Shown: positions 18,078-27,184, counted from the first letter of the stretch. The stretch is DNA of 32,689 nucleotides from Acidobacteriota bacterium (GCA_046730735.1 JBKPJP010000225.1:1-32689); one strand, 5' to 3'. Translations and numbers: made by a program. Notes: generated by a model from the letters alone, not told the origin.

Positions 18078-18155
18078 TTTCACGCAAAGGCGCAAAGAAA
18101 GACGCAAAGTCGCTACCTTTGCGCCTCCGTTTGCAACTTTGCGTCTTTGCGTGAA
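18078..18155. repeat. Family A palindromic element, copy 2
   Basis: TTTCACGCAAAGGCGCAAAGAAAGACGCAAAG ... CTTTGCGTCTTTGCGTGAAA. It overlaps the 3' end of the gene 18113-19489. Confidence 0.85.
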
Positions 18156-19489
18156 ACAACCCAGTCGATTGCAAAGCCTCCGAACACTGTCAGCAACCCG
18201 TGCATCGGCAGCACATAACGAATCTCCGTGTGCGCTGAGGTGCCCGGGACGAGGTAGTAGACTATCGTCACCAGCAGTAAACAACTGATCCGCCAATCCC
18301 TGCGCATCGCCACATAGATCCCAAGCGCCGCGAGCGGCAGGAAAAGATAGCGCACGAGGCTCTGCACCATCCCCAACACATTCACGCCGAGCGCTACAAT
18401 TCCGCTTTGCCAATTCGGCGGCAGACACTTCCTGCTCGTGACGTTGATTCCACTCGTCCCGGTGTACGGCACCGGATCGCCCGCAACCTTTAACATGCCC
18501 CACATGCGACCCAGCATTACACCCGCGTACCAGATCGGATGCTGCCTGATAAACGCCAGCGACTCGCGCGTTCGTTCGCGATCGCGGCGAATACCGTCAG
18601 GCCACTGCATCTCGAACGGCGCATCAGCCGGCACGCCCATACGCGCGCGCTCGAGTGCGATCATCTTGTCGTCGCCGAAAAGAAATCCATTACTGCGGCC
18701 GAGCTCAGTCTCTCCAAGACCTTCCCAAAGATTGACGCCAATCGTTCCGCCAGTGGGCGTGAAGTCGGGAAACACGAGATAGTTGCGAATCACAATCGGC
18801 GCGATCACGAGCACCGTGCCCGCTAAAACTGCGCCGCTCAGTTTCAACTTCAAAGCCCGGCTTCCGGCAGTTAAAACAAACAACGCGATCGCCCAACCCA
18901 CACACAAGTACAACGGATTCACGCGCAGCCAGCACGCGATCCCAAGCAACACACCCGCCGCGAGCGCAAGCCACAAATGCCGGCGTTGGAATGCGAGGAC
19001 CAACAACCAGTTGCCGCCCAATACGAACCACGTTGTCGGAATGTCCGTCGAAGGATAGGCTGCGTAAAGCGCAAACAACGGCGAGAGCGCGAGTAGAAAA
19101 CCACTGGCGATCGCAGCACGCCGCCCGAACGCAGTAAACGCAATACCCATGATCAGAAAAAACGAAAGAACGAGATCGAGGAACCACTGCACGAGTTGAA
19201 CTGAATACGCCGAAGCGTTACCGGAGAGTTTGTAGATCAATGCGACGAGGGCGGGAAATGCCGGCGGGTATTGGGCCAGGTCGGTGCGCGTGGCGTCGTC
19301 GATCCAGAAGAGACGTTGTCGCCCCTCGAGAATATCGCGCCCCTGTCGATCAAACTTGGCGTAAGATCCAGTCTGGAACCACGCCGGATCGTTGAGGTGC
19401 GCGCGCATGAACTGAAGCGTGAGGACGCGAACGCTAATCGCGATCAACAATAACGCAAAGAATGCCGGGAGCTGTTTTCTAATATTCAC
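18113..19489 (-). CDS. Polytopic membrane glycosyltransferase, ArnT/PMT-like (GT-C fold)
   Basis: 458 aa with many TM segments. The first loop carries WIDDATRTD (a DD motif), and there is a large periplasmic-type loop. GTG start. The last 14 residues are encoded by repeat copy 2. Confidence 0.6.
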   Translation of the reverse strand: MNIRKQLPAFFALLLIAISVRVLTLQFMRAHLNDPAWFQTGSYAKFDRQGRDILEGRQRLFWIDDATRTDLAQYPPAFPALVALIYKLSGNASAYSVQLVQWFLDLVLSFFLIMGIAFTAFGRRAAIASGFLLALSPLFALYAAYPSTDIPTTWFVLGGNWLLVLAFQRRHLWLALAAGVLLGIACWLRVNPLYLCVGWAIALFVLTAGSRALKLKLSGAVLAGTVLVIAPIVIRNYLVFPDFTPTGGTIGVNLWEGLGETELGRSNGFLFGDDKMIALERARMGVPADAPFEMQWPDGIRRDRERTRESLAFIRQHPIWYAGVMLGRMWGMLKVAGDPVPYTGTSGINVTSRKCLPPNWQSGIVALGVNVLGMVQSLVRYLFLPLAALGIYVAMRRDWRISCLLLVTIVYYLVPGTSAHTEIRYVLPMHGLLTVFGGFAIDWVVSRKDAKLQTEAQR

Positions 19490-19499
19490 GAAGAAGATA

Positions 19500-19585
19500 T
19501 TTCACGCAAAGACGCAAAGGAGAGCAAAGACCGCAAAGAAAATACTTTGCGCCTTTGCGGAAAAGCTTTGTGCCTTTGCGTGAAA
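19500..19585. repeat. Family A palindromic element, copy 3
   Basis: TTTCACGCAAAGACGCAAAGGAGAGCAAAGACCGCAAAG ... CTTTGCGCCTTTGCGG ... CTTTGTGCCTTTGCGTGAAA. It fills the gap between 19593 (stop) and 19489 (start). Confidence 0.85.
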
Positions 19586-19592
19586 CAATCTT

Positions 19593-20402
19593 TCATTTAG
19601 TCGCCGTGACGATGACGTTCCACCCGATCCGCTTTCGCAGTCGCTCAAACATCGCTTCCGGCACCAGCGGCGACAGAAACCGCAACTCAGCCCGCACAAG
19701 TTGTTCGACATCAACTCTGACGTCCTTAAACAAATTGAACAACTCGCGCGCCTCTTTGCGACTGTAAACTTTCACCAATGGCCGCGCGTCGTGGTTGCTA
19801 AACTCAACCACACGGCTCATGATTTCCGCCACCGACTGGCCACGCAAAAAATCACCGCGCAGCACCCCTCGCCGCAACACAATATCGAACCAGTAATTCA
19901 ACGAATTGCGATGGTAAAGCATCACCTTCGCTGTTCCGCCCGGTCGCAGCACGCGATGGACCTCGCTGATCGCGCCCGCCGTATCGGGTGTGTGGTGCAA
20001 AACTCCGTTCGAGTAGACTACGTCGAAGCTCTCATCACGAAACGGCAAGTGCTCGCCGTCAGAGATCATGAACGCGCCGCCCGCATCGTAGAGCCGGAAA
20101 CGATGGCGTGTGATCTCGATGGAGCGTGGCGTTAGATCGACGCCGGTGCAGCGCGCACCACCGCGCGCAAACTGCAACAAGTCGGTGCCCATCCCGCAGC
20201 CGATTTCAAGCAATCGCGCATCACGAAACTTATCGAAGCCCATCAACTGCGGCATCCACGGCGCGTACTCCGTGTAGCGATGCCTCTCCACGGTGTCGAA
20301 GAACTCGCGCGTGCCAAACTCGTGTTCGCCGTGCACGGCCCCACACGGATCCCCGGTCCATTGCTCGCGCGCACGCACCTTCTCTTCAGCCAGACTGCTC
20401 AT
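19593..20402 (-). CDS. Class I SAM-dependent methyltransferase
   Basis: Motif I LLEIGCGMGTDLL, then FDVVYSNGVLHH and LRPGGTAKV. The ATG at 20402 overlaps the upstream stop as ATGA. The longer ORF to 20453 is rejected. Confidence 0.85.
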   Translation of the reverse strand: MSSLAEEKVRAREQWTGDPCGAVHGEHEFGTREFFDTVERHRYTEYAPWMPQLMGFDKFRDARLLEIGCGMGTDLLQFARGGARCTGVDLTPRSIEITRHRFRLYDAGGAFMISDGEHLPFRDESFDVVYSNGVLHHTPDTAGAISEVHRVLRPGGTAKVMLYHRNSLNYWFDIVLRRGVLRGDFLRGQSVAEIMSRVVEFSNHDARPLVKVYSRKEARELFNLFKDVRVDVEQLVRAELRFLSPLVPEAMFERLRKRIGWNVIVTATK

Positions 20403-22021
20403 TGTTTTAAATTCCGATACGCCTCGAGTACGCGCTGGGCGTTGTGCATCCACGTATACTCACGCTCGGCAACCTCGCGCGCCCGGCCACCTAAACGGGT
20501 CCGCAACGTTTCTGATTCAATCAACCTCACGATAGCGTTCCTGAGCTCGGCTACATTTCCCGGCTCGACGAGCAACGCCGTTTCCTCGTCGACAAGCACT
20601 TCACCAATTTGGCCCAGCCGGCTCGCGACGATTCCCTTTCCCATCGACATGTACTCAAAAATCTTTGTTGGCGACCCGAAAAACTCACTACCATCGGCCA
20701 ACGGAATGTGCGGCGCAACCAGTATGTCGCAAGCATCCAAAAGCTCCGGCACTCGATCGTGCGCCACTGCGCCGGTGAAGATTACGCGGCCTGCCTTCGC
20801 CTCATCCGCCAGTTGCTTCTCAACTTCGGCGTGCAGGCTGCCGCTGCCAACCAGAAGAAATCTGACGCGCAAGCTCGCCGGCATCGACTTAATCGCTTCA
20901 GCAAGCTTTTCAACACCGTGCCACGGACCAAACGTTCCGACAAAACCCGCGACAACCTCATCCTCTGCAATCCCCAGTTCACACCTTGTTTCCGCGCCGC
21001 CAACACCCGGCCGAAACCGCCCCACGTCAACTCCATTCGGGTTGACGACGATCTTTTCCGAGCGCACGCCCCGCGCTTCGAGATTCCGGCGTTCGACTTC
21101 CGAAACGACAAAAATACGCGCCGCGGCGTCAAGGTTCAATCGCTCGTAACGCTCCAGCAGTTCGAGACTTCCCACGCGGTCCCAATGCCGGCCCACCCAA
21201 ACTTCCGAACCATTGTACTCGAGGAATAGCGGGCGCTTGATCCGCATCGCCGCCACTACGCCCGCCCAACTAAACCGCGCATACCGTTGATAAATAAAGT
21301 CCGGACGGGCGCGCTCGATTAGCGGCACCGCGCCACGCGTGAAGACGAGGTTGTTGTGAATATCGAAAAGCGCCCTCGTTCCGCCGCCGGGTTGAGGCGG
21401 AATGACGGTAAAACGGTCGTCAGGAAAGTTCAGGCCCGCAATCTGATCGTTGCTGATTATCTCCACCTCGACGCCGAGCGCCTGAAGACCTTCGACAACA
21501 CCCTTGATATGACTCGCAGCGCCGCCGGCCTGTGTGCCTGGTCCAGGCGTCGCTCGAAGATAAACCACGCGCGGTTGAGACTGTTGCGTCAACTCATAGA
21601 GCGTCTCATGCGATCGCAAACACTCTTGTTCGAGTCGTGCCAGCTCACGACGCGACTGCGCCACGTCATTCACGCCCGTCAACGTCTCGCGTCCGAGCCG
21701 CACGGGGGCTCCGGCAAGCAAATTCGCGCGAGACTTGCGCACCAATCCTCCATGAGCGTCGATCATCAACACTTCGCGCGCGCCGGCGAGTGCTCCAAAC
21801 ACCATGAAAAGATTTCGACCTCGTTGCCAGGGCAGTCGCTCAGTTGCAATCGCGAGCACGTCCGGACGCATCGCGCGCAGCGACTTCAGACGTTTGATAT
21901 GACTGCCGGTTTCGAATTCGGCGCGCGAGATCAGCTCGAGCGAACAGTCAGGATAGAGTTGGGCCAGTTTGTCTCGCCAGCGAGATAAGTCGCCGCTGAG
22001 TGCCAGCAGAACAACTTTCAT
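20399..22021 (-). CDS. Glycosyltransferase family 4-like (GT-B) with an extra N-terminal domain
   Basis: 540 aa. C-terminal E-x7-E region EFFGSPTKIFEYMSMGKGIVAS. An N-terminal extension of about 150 aa has no recognisable motif. ATGA overlap with the flippase stop. Confidence 0.85.
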   Translation of the reverse strand: MKVVLLALSGDLSRWRDKLAQLYPDCSLELISRAEFETGSHIKRLKSLRAMRPDVLAIATERLPWQRGRNLFMVFGALAGAREVLMIDAHGGLVRKSRANLLAGAPVRLGRETLTGVNDVAQSRRELARLEQECLRSHETLYELTQQSQPRVVYLRATPGPGTQAGGAASHIKGVVEGLQALGVEVEIISNDQIAGLNFPDDRFTVIPPQPGGGTRALFDIHNNLVFTRGAVPLIERARPDFIYQRYARFSWAGVVAAMRIKRPLFLEYNGSEVWVGRHWDRVGSLELLERYERLNLDAAARIFVVSEVERRNLEARGVRSEKIVVNPNGVDVGRFRPGVGGAETRCELGIAEDEVVAGFVGTFGPWHGVEKLAEAIKSMPASLRVRFLLVGSGSLHAEVEKQLADEAKAGRVIFTGAVAHDRVPELLDACDILVAPHIPLADGSEFFGSPTKIFEYMSMGKGIVASRLGQIGEVLVDEETALLVEPGNVAELRNAIVRLIESETLRTRLGGRAREVAEREYTWMHNAQRVLEAYRNLKQ

Positions 22022-23277
22022 CCGCGCACACTCCGGAGCACAAATACCTCGGCAAAAGAACGTCCGGTGGAAGTGTGAAAGTGAAGCGCAACCAAACCGA
22101 AGATGGAGGCGTAACTGATGCTCGACGCGATCGCTGCGCCCTGAGCGCCGAAACGAGGAACAAGCGCAAATACGAGCACGAGGTTCAAAGCGAGCGTTGC
22201 AACCCAGTAGAGCGGAATGGCACGCGGCACACCGAGCGCGTTGAAGTGTTGGGCCAGCACCGATTCGAGTCCAATCAGATAGACGCCAGGCAACAGGATC
22301 AGAAGCAGCTTCGTGGAGTCAGAGAATGCAGGACCATAAACCAACGGCAATAACAGGCTCAAAGGCACTGCCGCCAGACAACACAAGAACATGATGAACG
22401 TTGTGTAGCGACTGACGAGGCAAGTGGTCTCGCCGCGCGCATCCTGTTCCCCGGCGACACGCGGAAAGATCAGTGTTGCGATGACGCCCGGCAACAACAT
22501 CAGCAAGAGTGCGAACTGCGAAGCGACACTGTACACGCCTGCTTCAGCAGCGCCGCGAAAATGATTCACGACCAGCAAGTCAGCGCGAATGATGATCGCG
22601 CCCGCGAGTATTGAGATATGAAACTTGAGCCCGTAGACGATCATTTGGCGCAGCAAGGCAATGTCCGCGCGCCATCTTGATTGAGCAAGACTCTTTGCGG
22701 AGATCACGAACAACACGACGACGGCGCTAACCAGAATGCTGGCAGTGGTATTCAGGGTTACGAGCGTTGTGATTCCTCGCCTCAACAACAGCAACACCAA
22801 CACGGCGTTAATCAGCACAAACGACTGGCCCGCGAGGTCCAGTAAGTTGAACTCTCGCAACTTTCCCAAACCAAGCAAAATGTTCAGGCCAATCAAACCG
22901 ATGAGTTGAAACGGTATCGAGACGGCCGCGATGTGAATCAACTTCGGCGAAACGAAGCCAAACCAGTCTGGTCGCAAAGAAGCGACTGCGCTAAGCCCCA
23001 GCGCCAGCAGCGATCCGACACCGAGCGCGAAGATCAGCGAGTTCACTGCCGCGGTGCGAAAGTGTGTCTGGTCTCGCGCAATGAAATAAGTGTTTGAGGA
23101 AGGAAGTCCAAAACTGCCGACCTGAACGATCGTGGCGACAGCAACGTTGATGACCGCCAACTGTCCGACACCTTCAGCACCCAGCCAGTGCGCGACGATA
23201 ACCCCCGCTGCCACGCTGTTGAAGATCATCAACAGCCGCATCGCGAAGGTCCATGCTACTTGTGACGAGAAGCGCAT
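22018..23277 (-). CDS. wzx: Oligosaccharide/polysaccharide flippase (MOP superfamily, Wzx-like)
   Basis: 419 aa and about 12 TM segments, with the hydrophobic pattern and size typical of Wzx, in a glycan-locus context. Confidence 0.75.
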   Translation of the reverse strand: MRFSSQVAWTFAMRLLMIFNSVAAGVIVAHWLGAEGVGQLAVINVAVATIVQVGSFGLPSSNTYFIARDQTHFRTAAVNSLIFALGVGSLLALGLSAVASLRPDWFGFVSPKLIHIAAVSIPFQLIGLIGLNILLGLGKLREFNLLDLAGQSFVLINAVLVLLLLRRGITTLVTLNTTASILVSAVVVLFVISAKSLAQSRWRADIALLRQMIVYGLKFHISILAGAIIIRADLLVVNHFRGAAEAGVYSVASQFALLLMLLPGVIATLIFPRVAGEQDARGETTCLVSRYTTFIMFLCCLAAVPLSLLLPLVYGPAFSDSTKLLLILLPGVYLIGLESVLAQHFNALGVPRAIPLYWVATLALNLVLVFALVPRFGAQGAAIASSISYASIFGLVALHFHTSTGRSFAEVFVLRSVRG

Positions 23278-23293
23278 AAGTTCTGAGAAAGAG

Positions 23294-23376
23294 TTTCACG
23301 CAAAGGCGCCAAGGTTACGCAAAGGCGCAAAGAAAACCTTTGCGTCTTCGTTTGATCTTTGCGCCTTTGCGTGAAA
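23294..23376. repeat. Family A palindromic element, copy 4
   Basis: TTTCACGCAAAGGCGCCAAGGTTACGCAAAGGCGCAAAG ... CTTTGCGTCTTCGTTTGATCTTTGCGCCTTTGCGTGAAA. It lies between the AsnB-2 stop and the flippase start. Confidence 0.85.
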
Positions 23377-23383
23377 CAAACTC

Positions 23384-25309
23384 TTACGAGTCGATCCATC
23401 TCTCGTACCACAAGCTCAAATTCAGTAACGCCCAGAGATGAAAACCCCAATCCTTCGTTCGCCTGCGATGCTCCTCCAACATGCGACTCACGAACCCGTA
23501 ATCCAACAACTCGCGCCGCCGCATCGTCGAGTTCATCAGGTGCTCGTCAACCCACACCCCCAAACCTCCTCTAAACCACTCACGCACGGGGGCGCCAAAC
23601 CCGCGCTTGCGCTCATACAACAGATCATGCGGCAGGATCTCCTCGAGCGAACGTTTCAGAATATGCTTCCCACTCGCCCCTTCAACCTTCAACGCGCGCG
23701 GCAGCGAAAGTGCATATTCAACGAGGTGATGGTCCAGGAACGGTACACGAGCTTCGACACTCGTCGCCATCGTGATCTTGTCAACACGCATCAACAGCAA
23801 CTCAGGCAAACGCAACTTCAATTCGAGATACGTCATGCGCGCCAGAAACTCCGCGTCCGGCCGCTCCTCGTCGATGTGTTTCAGGTACGACTCAACCACA
23901 CGCAATGATGAAAGACCATTCAAACGTTCGCGCACCTGCGGCGCCAGCACGCGTGGTTTGAACGTCTCGTCGTAAACCACTACGCCACCCCAGAACAGCG
24001 GCTCGTTAGCCCCAAGGCGACGTATCAACTCGATCGCCGCTCGCTTTCTGCCCGTCGCTTCGAGCGCGGGCCGTGAAAGATTCGAGATCGCCCGACGCAA
24101 CGACAGCGGCAACGTCTCTGCGTGGCGCCAGAAGTTTTCATAAATACGCAGGTGACGCACGTAGTTTTCATAACCGCTGAAGATCTCGTCGGAGCCTTCC
24201 CCAACCTGGACCACGATCGTGCCCGAGTCGCGGGCGAGTTTCGAAACGTAGTAGAGCGGCACGCAAACAGGATCCGCGATTGGCTCGTCCTGGTGAAACA
24301 CCATCTGCGGGAGAAAGTCGTGCATCTCTTTCTCGGAGATGATCACTTCGTGATGGTTGGTCCCGAATTGTTGCGCGATGCGCCTCGCGGGCTCGAGTTC
24401 GTTGAGATACTCCGCGTCGCTGAAGCCCACCGTGAACGTTTCCACCGGTCGCGACATCTGCTCTGACATCAACGCCACGTTCGCGGACGAATCGACACCG
24501 CCTGACAGAAAGACGCCGAAAGGAACGTCCGACATCATTCGTTTGCGAATTGAATCTCGCAACAATCGAAGGATCTCCGCACGCTGCTCCGCCTCCGTGC
24601 CGGGTGCTGCCTCCGCGGGCGGCAGCGCGTCCCAGTAGCGCTGGATGTTCAGCGTGCCGTCGCGTTTGACGATCAATATGTGACCCGCGGGGAGCTTTTG
24701 AATGTCGCGAAAGAGCGTGGTCGGCGCGGGGGTAGTCAGGAACGTCAGATAGTGATAGAGCGCTTGCTCATCGATGTCGGGTGTGACGGCAGGATGTTGC
24801 AGGATAGCCTTGATCTCAGACGCGAAGATGAAGCGTCCGTCTTTGTGATAGAAGTAAAGCGGCTTCACGCCGATGCGATCGCGCACGAGGACGAGTTGTT
24901 CCCTGTTAGCGTCCCAAAGCGCGATGCCGTAGTCGCCTTCGAGATCGTGAATGAAGTCGAGACCGCGTTCTTCGTACAGGTGCAGGATGGTCTCGGAGTC
25001 GGTGCGCGATGAATACTTGTGACCACGCTTTTCGAGTTCCGCACGCAGCAGCGCGTGGTTGTAGATCTCGCCGTTGAAAACAAGCCACGTTCGGTCATCG
25101 CAGCCGTGCATCGGCTGATGTCCCGCTGCCGAGAGATCGATAATCGAGAGCCGTCGAAACCCGAAACCACCACGCCGCTCGTCGAAGATCAACTCGCCCG
25201 CGTCGTCAGGCCCGCGATGAGTCATCTCATCGCGCATGCGCGTGAGCAGCGAAGACTCAACCGAACCTTCGCTCGCCCCGTATTCCCAAACTCCACAAAT
25301 TCCACACAT
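23384..25309 (-). CDS. asnB: Asparagine synthase (glutamine-hydrolysing) family amidotransferase, paralog 2
   Basis: MCGICGVW nucleophile, HRGPDD, FNGEIYNH and PP-loop FLSGGVDSS. 641 aa. Confidence 0.9.
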   Translation of the reverse strand: MCGICGVWEYGASEGSVESSLLTRMRDEMTHRGPDDAGELIFDERRGGFGFRRLSIIDLSAAGHQPMHGCDDRTWLVFNGEIYNHALLRAELEKRGHKYSSRTDSETILHLYEERGLDFIHDLEGDYGIALWDANREQLVLVRDRIGVKPLYFYHKDGRFIFASEIKAILQHPAVTPDIDEQALYHYLTFLTTPAPTTLFRDIQKLPAGHILIVKRDGTLNIQRYWDALPPAEAAPGTEAEQRAEILRLLRDSIRKRMMSDVPFGVFLSGGVDSSANVALMSEQMSRPVETFTVGFSDAEYLNELEPARRIAQQFGTNHHEVIISEKEMHDFLPQMVFHQDEPIADPVCVPLYYVSKLARDSGTIVVQVGEGSDEIFSGYENYVRHLRIYENFWRHAETLPLSLRRAISNLSRPALEATGRKRAAIELIRRLGANEPLFWGGVVVYDETFKPRVLAPQVRERLNGLSSLRVVESYLKHIDEERPDAEFLARMTYLELKLRLPELLLMRVDKITMATSVEARVPFLDHHLVEYALSLPRALKVEGASGKHILKRSLEEILPHDLLYERKRGFGAPVREWFRGGLGVWVDEHLMNSTMRRRELLDYGFVSRMLEEHRRRTKDWGFHLWALLNLSLWYERWIDS

Positions 25310-25310
25310 A

Positions 25311-25330
25311 AATCCGCGTTATCCGTGCCC
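25311..25330. repeat. Family B units forming an intercistronic junction
   Basis: AATCCGCGTTATCCGTGCCC contains the heparinase-like gene's last codons (GHG) and stop (25319-25321), and ends 1 nt from the AsnB-2 ATG (25309). Confidence 0.65.
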
Positions 25331-27184
25331 AGCTTTTACTTCCCAACTAAGCTTGCCCGGTGAACCCGAAATACTCCAGCACGCAGAAACAGCATCACTC
25401 ATCTGACCATAGTCTCTTGATACAGGCTGAGAAACCAACACCGGCTGAACGTCGGTGCTCAACGCGCTCACAGTCAGACCTGGGGCTTCAACCGCTCGCT
25501 CACGCACCTTCACATCCACGCCCGGCGCAAAGTGAAACCGTACTTCATAAAGATGCTCACCCTCACCCGTGAACTCATCATCAATCACCCACGTGCGTTC
25601 GTGTTTGTTGAAGACAACGGTACGGCAGTGAATCACAGGGTATCCATAATGCTCGGCGACTACCTTGTCAAAGTCGTCGTTCGTTTGCCACTCCAGCACA
25701 CGCGGCTTCGCTTCGTTTCCGATCACGAAAGGCATGTTCAGATCGGTCGTGTTCTGTTCGCACCCATCGATCTGCACAGTCGAATGATACGCAGTCGAAC
25801 GAAACTCATGTCGCTTCTGAAGATCACCGGTGTAAACATACGTGCCCGGATCGACGATATACGCGCGGCCATTCGCCGACACTTCAATACTCAACGCATC
25901 ATTATGTCCGTGCGAACCACGACCGTTTAATCCCGCGTCACTGGCGTTGAAGCAAAGATAGAGATCGTCGTGACGCATGATGTATGTGCCTGCTTGCGGA
26001 AACGCTTGCGACGCAGTGCACGGCGTTTTCAGCGCCGGATCGTTGAAAACGCGCGCGCCGATTTCCAGGAGATAAGCGTGATCATCGGCCCTGCGACCCG
26101 GCACGGGTAAAACTTGTCCACTATCTGTATCTCCAATCAACGGCGCAAACCCATCCGGCCGCAGGTATGCGCGGATATAAACGAGCATCTGGCGAAGTTT
26201 GGTCCAATACCTCTGTTCAATCTCAACATCGTTGTCGCGGCAAAGCATGAACGAGTAAAGAAAAAGTTCGGTGACAAAACGATGGTATCCGGTTGACGCT
26301 TCGAAGTCCGCGCCGTCTGCAAGTACTTGCTTGTCCATCTCGCGCAGCATTGAAACCGAGCCAGAGTCGCGCCACCACTCCTCATCTTGAAGTTCTGGAA
26401 GCATTATCCCCAGCCACAACATACCCACAACATCTGAAAGGTAATGATTGCTGGTCGCGATGTACGAGAACTCGAGGTTGCGTTGAATGTGTCTGCCGTG
26501 TTGTTGCAGCAGCAATAAAAACGACTGCAACATTGCTGCATCCAAATGTGCCGAGTGCCGAAAAATTTCAAAGGCCGCCAACAAGTTCATGGCTCGCAGC
26601 GCGACTTCCATAGCGCAGGCCCAGTTTGGACCACGGCCGTAAGGATTCTGCTCGATCCAGGTTCGCAACTGTGTAAAAAACTCTCCGGCGTAGCGCTCAT
26701 CTTTCGTTACCGAGTAAGCACGCGCGAGTGTCAGGAAATGACCCAGGCGATTCAATTCCCAGAGCACGCGGACGTCTGAGCCGTCAGCGCGCATCAAGTT
26801 AATGTCGCGGTGATAGTCGAGCGGCCAAACGTAATTAGATATTGGATCGCGCGTCCATTGAACCTCCGTGCCGAAACAACGTTCGCCAAAGCCAAGCAAC
26901 TGCCAGCAGTGATCGTCAACGATGCGGTTTGCTAAGGCGATTGAGTCGTCAGTAGCAGCGAGAAAGCCATCGAAAAACTTTGCCTCACGAGGACCGCGAA
27001 AATGAGTCAACAATTCGTCGGGAGTCATCCGGTCCCATAACGCCAGTAGTTCCCGATCAAATTCGCCCGCGCGCTCTTTTCGCTCGTTTGCTAAGACTCG
27101 GCTGCGCCGCAGAGCTTCGCGCACCAGGGTGGTGAGCTTTACGTCCCCACGAACTGCACGTTTGATTTTTTTGAGAACTGCCAT
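25319..27184 (-). CDS. Heparinase II/III-like (alginate-lyase-fold) protein
   Basis: About 620 aa with no signal peptide. The Trp/His-rich alpha-toroid-type N-terminal half and the beta-rich C-terminal half (GSHGHNDALS motif) are typical of Hepar_II_III proteins in glycan loci. The ATG at 27184 shares one nucleotide with the wecB stop (TGATG). Confidence 0.7.
   Translation of the reverse strand: MAVLKKIKRAVRGDVKLTTLVREALRRSRVLANERKERAGEFDRELLALWDRMTPDELLTHFRGPREAKFFDGFLAATDDSIALANRIVDDHCWQLLGFGERCFGTEVQWTRDPISNYVWPLDYHRDINLMRADGSDVRVLWELNRLGHFLTLARAYSVTKDERYAGEFFTQLRTWIEQNPYGRGPNWACAMEVALRAMNLLAAFEIFRHSAHLDAAMLQSFLLLLQQHGRHIQRNLEFSYIATSNHYLSDVVGMLWLGIMLPELQDEEWWRDSGSVSMLREMDKQVLADGADFEASTGYHRFVTELFLYSFMLCRDNDVEIEQRYWTKLRQMLVYIRAYLRPDGFAPLIGDTDSGQVLPVPGRRADDHAYLLEIGARVFNDPALKTPCTASQAFPQAGTYIMRHDDLYLCFNASDAGLNGRGSHGHNDALSIEVSANGRAYIVDPGTYVYTGDLQKRHEFRSTAYHSTVQIDGCEQNTTDLNMPFVIGNEAKPRVLEWQTNDDFDKVVAEHYGYPVIHCRTVVFNKHERTWVIDDEFTGEGEHLYEVRFHFAPGVDVKVRERAVEAPGLTVSALSTDVQPVLVSQPVSRDYGQMSDAVSACWSISGSPGKLSWEVKAGHG

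Noticed and set aside
18048-23450. ORFs crossing the repeat elements (18048-18503, 19502-19714, 19555-19767, 23132-23374, 23256-23450, and 5132-5500).
   Set aside because: Their open frames come from the stop-free octamer repeats (peptides such as FHAKAQRK and SLRLCVKFF). They overlap real genes on the other strand. I treat them as repeat-translation artefacts.
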